Source: a virus (taxonomy: Duplodnaviria > Caudoviricetes). Taken from it: a DNA stretch of 64,000 bases. The notes beneath the pieces were generated by a model. It was not told where the DNA came from. It did not search any database and saw only the letters and a program-made list of their open reading frames with translations. A program made the translations under genes and the position numbers. Where the stretch lies: IMG/VR virus record IMGVR_UViG_3300020049_012431, positions 14,735 through 78,734 of that record; one strand, given 5' to 3'. Below, one piece after another: positions 40,213 through 47,275 of the stretch (position 1 is its first letter; every line of letters starts with the position of its first letter).

Positions 40213-40284
40213 ATGAAATACACACCAGGACAGATTGATATGCTATATAGTAGAGCTAATCAAATACGAGAGTTTAATGAATAA
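40213..40284 (+). CDS. putative leaderless 23-aa peptide
   Basis: MKYTPGQIDMLYSRANQIREFNE*; ATG 6 nt after the -10 box; overlaps the next start. Confidence 0.35.
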   Translation: MKYTPGQIDMLYSRANQIREFNE

Positions 40285-40474
40285 ATTTTTATTAATAACA
40301 AATCTATTGTTTTTTCTTCTTGTTTGTTTCTCAGTAAAAGAGGCTATTACACATAGTGAAGAAATGTATCGAATAAATATTCAGACAATGAAACACGCAT
40401 ATAACCTTGGGTGCACTGAATCCGGTGGAGACATGTGTGATGAATTAGCTAACGATCTTATCGAAGGGTTATGA
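40277..40474 (+). CDS. small exported/membrane protein
   Basis: Start ATG 40277 (MNKFLLIT...), hydrophobic N-terminus. Confidence 0.5.
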   Translation: MNKFLLITNLLFFLLVCFSVKEAITHSEEMYRINIQTMKHAYNLGCTESGGDMCDELANDLIEGL

Positions 40475-40475
40475 A

Positions 40476-40748
40476 ATGATAGAAATGAAATTTAAAAAAG
40501 ACGCAGAATATGTGTTAGAAAAAGTGGCAGCACACAGATCTAGTCCGTATGGTTACGCCGATAAAGCCATCATAGGCAGAGGAACACCATTATATATGCC
40601 TGATATTGGGTGTTTATATATAGCATTACATGGTAACCCACGTATGCCTTGGTTTCGCACTAGTCAAGTTCAGCGTGTGCTAAAATTAAAAAACGGATAT
40701 AAATTATTTACATTAAATAGTGTATATACAATTAAAGAGAAAAAATAA
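40476..40748 (+). CDS. hypothetical phage protein
   Basis: FRTS.V...F.TLNS.Y motif. Confidence 0.6.
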   Translation: MIEMKFKKDAEYVLEKVAAHRSSPYGYADKAIIGRGTPLYMPDIGCLYIALHGNPRMPWFRTSQVQRVLKLKNGYKLFTLNSVYTIKEKK

Positions 40749-41332
40749 TGCGTTGGTTTATTTCAGATTTACATTTTGGGCATAAGAATATTTTGCGTTA
40801 TCAAGCTGATACAAGAACATTCTCTTCCGTTGAAGCGATGGATGAGCATATGATAAATATGTGGAATAAACATATTAAACCTAAAGACATGGTGTATGTT
40901 GTTGGTGATTTTTCATTCTATCGAGACATGAATAAGAACGCTGAATTACTATCCCTGTTAAATGGCAACAAGATACTCATTCGCGGAAATCACGACATTG
41001 GTGGCACTAAAGAATATATGGATGCGGGATTTTCTGATGTGAGAGATGAATTAATTATTAAGCTTAGTAATGCTGAGAGCATTTTTCTTAAGCACTACCC
41101 ATATGATAGTCCTTGGTGGGTAAGGCTTTGGTATCGGCTCACGGGAAAACTTGGTGTGTGGAAAAAGTATTATGCTTTGTATCCAATAGATAAAGGCCTG
41201 TGGCATGTGCATGGACATCATCATGGTGCATCTAGGGTGAGTGGTAGACAGATAAACGTTAATGTTGACAGCTGGGATTTTAAACCGGTAAGCGAAACAA
41301 CAATCTGTCAAATAATGAGAGGAAAAAAATAA
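40748..41332 (+). CDS. calcineurin-like metallophosphoesterase
   Basis: SDLHFGH, VGDF, RGNHD, KHYP, HGHHH. Confidence 0.9.
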   Translation: MRWFISDLHFGHKNILRYQADTRTFSSVEAMDEHMINMWNKHIKPKDMVYVVGDFSFYRDMNKNAELLSLLNGNKILIRGNHDIGGTKEYMDAGFSDVRDELIIKLSNAESIFLKHYPYDSPWWVRLWYRLTGKLGVWKKYYALYPIDKGLWHVHGHHHGASRVSGRQINVNVDSWDFKPVSETTICQIMRGKK

Positions 41333-41333
41333 T

Positions 41334-41636
41334 ATGCTACGTGTAACAGTTGAACTTGTTCCCTTTGGTGATGAAAGTAAAAAACGAAAAATTGGTGAAA
41401 TGGTCATTGCTAATGATGGGTCTGGAGATATCTCTACCGCATCATATCAGGCATGGATTGGTGCTGATGATCATTCTGGGGACCCAGCTATGTTCAGTAG
41501 ATTAGAGCGTCATGACCGCAGTAAGAGTGTTTGGGAACTAATTAAATTATTAATAGACGCAGCTAGATCTGGACGGCATTCTCCTGATGAAGAAACAGAT
41601 AGTGTTAGTCAAAGATTAAAGAATCGATTATCATAG
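41334..41636 (+). CDS. hypothetical protein
   Basis: MLRVTVELVPFG...IGEMVIANDG phage-type motif. Confidence 0.6.
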   Translation: MLRVTVELVPFGDESKKRKIGEMVIANDGSGDISTASYQAWIGADDHSGDPAMFSRLERHDRSKSVWELIKLLIDAARSGRHSPDEETDSVSQRLKNRLS

Positions 41637-41645
41637 GGTGAAAAA

Positions 41646-41915
41646 ATGAACGACATCGAAATAGAAGCTAAAGTTGTTGCAGAACTGGAAATAGCATTTC
41701 AATATCTTGGTGCACACATCGAGGCATTTAAACTCGATGATGAATGTATCACCGTCACTGTAGTATCTGATGTGTTTTCTATGATAAGACAACCAATTCG
41801 GCGCGGAATGCTCCGAGACATATTATATCACCATCATTTGCCAACAGTGATACAATATAGGATTTATTATAATCCGATAACAACAAGCGAGTGGGATAAT
41901 CTACATGGCCAGTAA
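41646..41915 (+). CDS. BolA-like protein
   Basis: VTVVSDVFS....IRR.ML.DIL...T.SEW matches the BolA pattern. Confidence 0.5.
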   Translation: MNDIEIEAKVVAELEIAFQYLGAHIEAFKLDDECITVTVVSDVFSMIRQPIRRGMLRDILYHHHLPTVIQYRIYYNPITTSEWDNLHGQ

Positions 41916-41919
41916 TATT

Positions 41920-43155
41920 TTAATCCTTAGGAAACGATAATACGTCATATTTTAAACATTCTTTATAATGTTTATTCTGTCTTTTATCACCATTAAAATA
42001 TATATATCTATGTTTTTGTTTTCTATCAATGTATTTAAAATTTTCCGAGGATTTGTCTATATCGCTAGAAGCCAATGTCATAGCATGTCTACTATCACCA
42101 AGACTCATATCTTTTCGTTTTTCCGTAATACCTAAGTATTTAAAGTTACATGCCTGATAAATTATACCAGAATGCCCTGCTTCTATCTCGGCAAATGTCA
42201 CTATAATATTTTTTTCTATTAATTTTGAATTTAAACATCTAGCAATAAACCAACTTTCAGTGTTAGTCGGCAAAAAATCAAGAACCGCCAAACGATTTAA
42301 TTCAATTACTTGATTAGAAAACTCATTACCACAAATACTCCGCAATCCGGGACTAAATGGTGTGTGAAAAGTACAGACACCACACAAAACACCATTAGGT
42401 AAAAATAATCCAAAAGTATATTCACTAGGTGCTTTTCTTCTTAGATAGTGGTTTTCTAGTAGAAAGTCTTGTCCTAAATTATAATCTATAAGCTTTACAG
42501 TTAATTCGGAATTAAAATTAAATCGATCTCTTTTTAAATTCCTATTCTCAATTTTCTCTCTAGGAAATAGATTTCTATAATTTTGTAGTTTATACAAAGC
42601 ATCCTGTGTTTTTGCTAAAGAAAGGGGTACTATATGGTCAATATCCCAATAATCACCATAGTTATCCCAGGACATTTCTGGTGTAAAGTTTTTTTCTAAA
42701 AATACCTTAAGTTGGTCATAATCATCTAAACCAATATAATCATGGAATTTTGAACTTTTTTTCCAACTTTTATTGTCTAAAGCATACCACAATCTATTTC
42801 TAATATTTCTCGTTATTTTAAATACAGGGTCAGACTCTAATCGTCTCTTTTGATAGGATCTTCTTGCTGTATTTACTTTTTCTTTATTTTTATAATAATA
42901 ATCTAAGCTTTTTTGTTTAATTTCTGTAGCTTTTTTCTCATATCGAGTTTTTTCTTTATTTAAAATAACATCTCTGTTGTTACTATAATACTCTTTACGC
43001 CTAGCGCTTATCTGGTCTTTTTTTTGTATCCTATGTTCCTGTCCTTGTTTTTTACGACAAGGCTTACACTCACTTCTATAACCAGTGGGTGACTCTTTTC
43101 TAGGGTGGAATTCGGCTTCTGATTTTTCTTCTAAACATTTTTTACATTTAATCAT
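41920..43155 (-). CDS. HNH endonuclease fused to a Mom-like (GNAT) DNA-modification domain
   Basis: N-terminal CxxC...CxxC; SWDNYG.YWDIDHIVPLS..NL.P..K.EN (HNH); C-half ENHYL, IELNRL, TESWFIARCL, IVTFAE...GH.GIIYQACNF.YLG (Mom); start moved to ATG 43155. Confidence 0.8.
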   Translation of the reverse strand: MIKCKKCLEEKSEAEFHPRKESPTGYRSECKPCRKKQGQEHRIQKKDQISARRKEYYSNNRDVILNKEKTRYEKKATEIKQKSLDYYYKNKEKVNTARRSYQKRRLESDPVFKITRNIRNRLWYALDNKSWKKSSKFHDYIGLDDYDQLKVFLEKNFTPEMSWDNYGDYWDIDHIVPLSLAKTQDALYKLQNYRNLFPREKIENRNLKRDRFNFNSELTVKLIDYNLGQDFLLENHYLRRKAPSEYTFGLFLPNGVLCGVCTFHTPFSPGLRSICGNEFSNQVIELNRLAVLDFLPTNTESWFIARCLNSKLIEKNIIVTFAEIEAGHSGIIYQACNFKYLGITEKRKDMSLGDSRHAMTLASSDIDKSSENFKYIDRKQKHRYIYFNGDKRQNKHYKECLKYDVLSFPKD

Positions 43156-43161
43156 GCTTAT

Positions 43162-43190
43162 ATCATGACATAGATGTTTGGTCTTGTCAA
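43162..43190 (-). promoter_or_regulatory. sigma70-type promoter, probably leaderless
   Basis: TTGACA-17 (with TG)-CATGAT, then 6 nt to ATG 43155. Confidence 0.6.
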
Positions 43191-43208
43191 GAAAAATACA
43201 CAATAAAT

Positions 43209-43243
43209 AAAAAAAGGCAGGGGACTATTCATCCTCTGCCTTT
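43209..43243 (-). terminator. intrinsic terminator after the major capsid gene
   Basis: GGCAGAGG...CCCTGCC followed by a T run. Confidence 0.8.
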
Positions 43244-43268
43244 AGTAAGTTTCCTAATTAACTAGTAA

Positions 43269-44336
43269 TTACGAAGCTTTAAGATTACTGATAAGCACTG
43301 AGCGACCTGGACGTGCGCAAAAAATTGCCTGGTCTGTGTAACATCTCAACTCATATCCAGCGTGATCTTCTAGTTCACGGAAGAAGTTACCTTCTTGACC
43401 TGGACGTTTGAAAGTAACGTCAGTAGAACCAACGCGTACCCAGTCTTCCAAGCAAAGAACATAAGCAAAACCTTCTTTTACATAGATAGAAGGAACGATT
43501 TCAACCATACCATTTTGTGAATGGAATTTGATTGATTTAGATCCGTTCTCAGCTTGTGCAGAAGAGAATGAGCTGTCATACATACGTAAAGCAGCTTGCT
43601 CAGTTAACAAATCATCCCAGTGTGAAGGATTGACAAGAACCATTACGTCAGTGTCAAGACCTTTTTCAACACCTTTGCTGATTGCTTGTTGCAAGATTGC
43701 AAAAGACAATACAGAAGTGGATGCTGGAGCAAAAGAGCTTCCTTTCCACAAATCATAGCTAGATGCACTGATACCGAAAAGAGTACCTGTGTTAGACAAG
43801 ATTTTATGGATACCAGCAAATTCTTTACCAGCAGCACCTTTGTGCAAGATACGGTCATTAGCAACAACTGCTGCTGCTACGGCTGCATCTGCTGCAGAAA
43901 GAGTGATAGTTTTGCTGTTCAAATCTACAGAAGCAACAGTAGCAGAAGCGCCACCACGTAATGTAGTAAGAGTTGGATCATAGATCTCAATTGGCATACC
44001 AACTGCACCTGACCAGATACCTGGAGCAAATTCAGAAGATTTGATTGTGATTACAAGACCAACCGCAATAGCATTAGCCAATCCATACTCAAGTTGTCCA
44101 TAGATAGCTTCGATTTCAAGCTTCTTTTGGATACTGTCAAGCATAGAACCAACCAAGTACTTAGTAGCTTCTTCAAACGCGCGCTCTCCTGGACCCATAG
44201 ATCTAGAAGCTTGAGCGTAAGGCATAGCCGAACGTAATACTAGCTGGTAGCCTTTAACTACAGCATCTTTAATTTGTCCCGCAACTGGCGGATTCAATGC
44301 AAATGCACCTTCAGTGTCATCTGCGAACGTAACACC
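43269..44336 (-). CDS. major capsid protein, exon 2
   Basis: GVTFADD...; position between scaffold and terminator; in frame with exon 1 after intron removal. Confidence 0.85.
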   Translation of the reverse strand, partial: GVTFADDTEGAFALNPPVAGQIKDAVVKGYQLVLRSAMPYAQASRSMGPGERAFEEATKYLVGSMLDSIQKKLEIEAIYGQLEYGLANAIAVGLVITIKSSEFAPGIWSGAVGMPIEIYDPTLTTLRGGASATVASVDLNSKTITLSAADAAVAAAVVANDRILHKGAAGKEFAGIHKILSNTGTLFGISASSYDLWKGSSFAPASTSVLSFAILQQAISKGVEKGLDTDVMVLVNPSHWDDLLTEQAALRMYDSSFSSAQAENGSKSIKFHSQNGMVEIVPSIYVKEGFAYVLCLEDWVRVGSTDVTFKRPGQEGNFFRELEDHAGYELRCYTDQAIFCARPGRSVLISNLKAS

Positions 44337-44538
44337 CATTTTGTTACTCACTTTTCAGTGGGAGAAACCTCTTCGGATTTCTCTCAACCCCTTCTTTTGT
44401 TATAGGGTTGTTCAGACTATCGCATCCCTTTCGGGTCCTCTCACTTAGTCGTTCACGCTGCTTTCGCTTGCGCCCTGTTGTCCGCTTCCGGAGTTCCAAG
44501 TCAATCAGAGAAGATTTATACAGCCCCTAGTTAAATTG
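44337..44538 (-). ncRNA. group I self-splicing intron, 202 nt, no ORF
   Basis: P1 CAGCCU/GGGCUG with U.G at the splice site; P3 UCUUCUC/GAGAGGA; P7 GACUA/UAGUC; P8, P9, P9.1, P9.2 hairpins; terminal AACAAAAUG. Confidence 0.92.
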
Positions 44539-44703
44539 AGGCTGGTGGTACGCGTTGCCCGGTTGTTTGTCTTTGCTAACGAATTTAATACGTTGCAAAA
44601 CTTTTTTTCCGTCTGGGATCAATCTCTTAAGATTGTCCTCATAAGTTTCTTTGAAAAGTCCATTCAGCGACGCTGCTGAATTACTTCCTGAAAAATCTGC
44701 CAT
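44539..44703 (-). CDS. major capsid protein, exon 1 (55 codons)
   Basis: AAGGAG RBS; MADFSGSNSAASLNGLFKETYEDNLKRLIPDG...GNAYHQP; missed by the ORF track. Confidence 0.9.
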
Positions 44704-44840
44704 TTTAATTCTCCTTTATTTTTTGAATTTTGGCGGTTGTTAAAATGACGCGACATCCGATCTTTCTTACGTGTTGGTTGTCTTCGGGCAGAAGCTTGCG
44801 AAGAGCCGCGCGGCAATACTCCAATAGATTTCGTGTCAAT

Positions 44841-44852
44841 AATATATGTTAT
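44841..44852 (-). promoter_or_regulatory. putative late promoter motif for the capsid gene
   Basis: ATAACATATATT. Confidence 0.65.
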
Positions 44853-44870
44853 TTTAGCTACTTAAACACA

Positions 44871-44908
44871 CCCCAGGCCCCCTTACCGAAGTAAGAGAGG
44901 CACCAGGG
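44871..44908 (-). terminator. long hairpin after the scaffold gene (terminator or processing stem)
   Basis: CCCTGGTGCCTCTCTTAC-TTCG-GTAAGGGGGCCTGGGG with a cUUCGg tetraloop; weak U tract. Confidence 0.6.
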
Positions 44909-44918
44909 ATAAAATACA

Positions 44919-45857
44919 TTAAAATGTTTTAAACAGATCTTTGAACCTTTTTACTGGCTCGTCCGATGTCTTTTCTTTAGGTTTAACGCTAGCACCGGTG
45001 TCTTTTACTTGTGCTGCAGTGACCGTATTTGCTGGTTTTTTGCTTTTAGACACTTTAGATTTTCTATACTTATCTAGGTGTTTTTTACCAACAACGTTTT
45101 CCATCACCTTGTCAAACATATCATCCGGAGAAGATTCAAATAATCGGTTTATTTCACCAAGAATCTGTTCTTCAACAAACGGTAATACTTGTTCAGGGGT
45201 AACATCAGCATAACCCATTTCCATAGCAGCAATCATGCTATCTGCCATACGACGGATAACATAAGGGCTCTTAGGTAGATTACTTTTTCCTAAAGCTTCG
45301 GTAATACTATTATCAAGCGTTTCCATTGCTTCTTGTTCAAACTTAGCGCGTTGAGCTGCTTCTTTTTCAGTTTCAAGAGCTTTTTCTTTCTCTTCTTTTT
45401 CTTTAAGTTTAGACTCAAGTTCTTTAATCTGTTTTTGCTCTGGGCTAAGCTGCATTTCTTCAAGTTCTTCATTAAGTACTTGTTGAGCAAGAGCTTTAAT
45501 GTCAATACCCAATTGTGGGTGCTTTAAAATAGCGAGAGGATTACTTTTTAATTCATTAACAAGCTGTTCTACTTGTTTGCGTAAACTTGCTGCTTCTTGA
45601 AATTTTTCATCTGCACCAACAGCTTTAGCTAGATATTGTTCGATTTGTTTATCATCTGACCAATCAATCTCAATATCTCTTGTTTTATTATTCGCCTTAA
45701 TTTGATATTTTTTTATCTTACTTTTGGCTTCAAGCTTTGCTGACTCTTCCGCTTCTGCGGCTGCTTCTTCTGGGCTCAGATCCGCATCAGTTTGTGCTCC
45801 CTCATTTGGTGCTGCCTCTACTGGTGCTGCTGATGATTCTATATTTGCTTCTGACAT
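44919..45857 (-). CDS. capsid scaffolding protein
   Basis: Acidic N-terminus, long coiled coil, directly upstream of the capsid gene. Confidence 0.75.
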   Translation of the reverse strand: MSEANIESSAAPVEAAPNEGAQTDADLSPEEAAAEAEESAKLEAKSKIKKYQIKANNKTRDIEIDWSDDKQIEQYLAKAVGADEKFQEAASLRKQVEQLVNELKSNPLAILKHPQLGIDIKALAQQVLNEELEEMQLSPEQKQIKELESKLKEKEEKEKALETEKEAAQRAKFEQEAMETLDNSITEALGKSNLPKSPYVIRRMADSMIAAMEMGYADVTPEQVLPFVEEQILGEINRLFESSPDDMFDKVMENVVGKKHLDKYRKSKVSKSKKPANTVTAAQVKDTGASVKPKEKTSDEPVKRFKDLFKTF

Positions 45858-45922
45858 ATTGTCTCCTTTTTGACAGGTCCGATTGGATTACTGTCGGATT
45901 ATCCATCCATTATTGGGTAGGA

Positions 45923-46045
45923 TTATTTTTGTAAAAGCGATAGTATTTTTTTAAACGATTTCTTTTTAGGCTTGTCCTTTGGATACACTTCTTTGGTGTT
46001 TCCTTGCATTGTATTTGAATTATTTGAACCCGGATATTCAGCCAT
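45923..46045 (-). CDS. small basic protein (40 aa)
   Basis: Translated by hand: MAEYPGSNNSNTMQGNTKEVYPKDKPKKKSFKKILSLLQK*; starts 4 nt after a late-type motif. Confidence 0.45.
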   Translation of the reverse strand: MAEYPGSNNSNTMQGNTKEVYPKDKPKKKSFKKILSLLQK

Positions 46046-46049
46046 ACTT

Positions 46050-46060
46050 ATATATGTTTA
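46050..46060 (-). promoter_or_regulatory. putative late promoter motif (variant)
   Basis: TAAACATATAT. Confidence 0.45.
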
Positions 46061-46177
46061 CCTATGTATATTAGCGTTAAAATAGTTTGTATTACCCACA
46101 AACCAAGGAGAATCTTGTTCTTATACCACTGAATTCTATGGCTTTTTTTGTGCGGAAGGTCAAATGGGTCATGAAAA

Positions 46178-46660
46178 TTAATTCTGGCCATCATGCATCT
46201 CCAGATAATGATGTATGTCTATTGGTCTAACTTCATCAGGGTCAATGCCTGTTGGTAGATCAATCATACATTGAATGAGTTCACTGCATACATAACTTTG
46301 ACTACCATCTTTAAATGGGTTTTTACCAAAAATAAGACCCAAGGCAATGCCGACAACCTGTTTTACACCATAAGGTGCGCCAACATGTTGTATTGCGAAT
46401 TTAAGGGCATTATGCCAATCGGTTTCTTCTAATTTAAAAGGAAATTCATCAATAACATCGTTTGATTCAACAAAATATTTTTCATTAAAAAAATTAACGC
46501 TTGTGTGACTTGCTTGATATATAATCCACTCGTCAGCAGTTGATGAATAAAATTTAATATATACGTGTGAATATGGTGTTTTGTCTACCCACTTGATGAG
46601 CCAACTATAAGGAACAAACCATTTCTTCGGCTTTGAAAAGCCTATGTATATTTGTACCAT
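46178..46660 (-). CDS. permuted papain-like (YiiX/NlpC-P60) amidase
   Basis: PYSHVYI (His) before PYG and YVCSEL (Cys). Confidence 0.75.
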   Translation of the reverse strand: MVQIYIGFSKPKKWFVPYSWLIKWVDKTPYSHVYIKFYSSTADEWIIYQASHTSVNFFNEKYFVESNDVIDEFPFKLEETDWHNALKFAIQHVGAPYGVKQVVGIALGLIFGKNPFKDGSQSYVCSELIQCMIDLPTGIDPDEVRPIDIHHYLEMHDGQN

Positions 46661-46661
46661 G

Positions 46662-47267
46662 TTAAGATTTAACCTCGTTTAAATTAAAATTAATTCCCAC
46701 GGTTTTATTGCTTACAGAATTATATACTATTTTAACTTGCATACCATAATACAAATCAGCATCATAGTTGCAAACATTCACGTATTCATCAGGAGCAACG
46801 TTTACGTTAAATCCGAATTGATTTAATGTGTAATTAGGTACGCCGCTATAAGTTCCAGATGTAGAATCTAGCACAAAAAAATCAACAGTATCTAGTAATT
46901 CTCCGCCCACAAGTTCTAATCCAATAATTTTAACCCACGCATATGGTATTGTGTATAATATAGTATTAGCTCCGGATGTGAGATTTGATTGTATACCATG
47001 TTCTCTTTTATACAATTTTTTACCATTAGGTAGTGTTTTTGAAGAAAACGCTTGTATTTGTTGTGGTTGTGTTTTATTTCCGTTTGTTTTAAAATTTGTT
47101 TCAAAATCTGTCGTATCAGAATCGCCGGTACCGACAGATAAAATACATTCTAAGTTAAAAAAACCATCGAATGCTTTCATAAAATAATTTCCGCGCATCT
47201 CAACAAACTGTATAGATAGGTTTCTCTGTGTTACAAAATTTTTAAATTCAGCCCAAGTTACTTCCAC
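46662..47267 (-). CDS. hypothetical structural protein
   Basis: ORF in the structural run. Confidence 0.6.
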   Translation of the reverse strand: MEVTWAEFKNFVTQRNLSIQFVEMRGNYFMKAFDGFFNLECILSVGTGDSDTTDFETNFKTNGNKTQPQQIQAFSSKTLPNGKKLYKREHGIQSNLTSGANTILYTIPYAWVKIIGLELVGGELLDTVDFFVLDSTSGTYSGVPNYTLNQFGFNVNVAPDEYVNVCNYDADLYYGMQVKIVYNSVSNKTVGINFNLNEVKS

Positions 47268-47275
47268 TTCAACTC

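Noticed and set aside
43269-44351. Track ORF starting at GTG 44351 as the complete major capsid protein
   Set aside because: The start lies inside the intron 3' tail with no RBS; an in-frame exon 1 with a strong RBS exists at 44539..44703.
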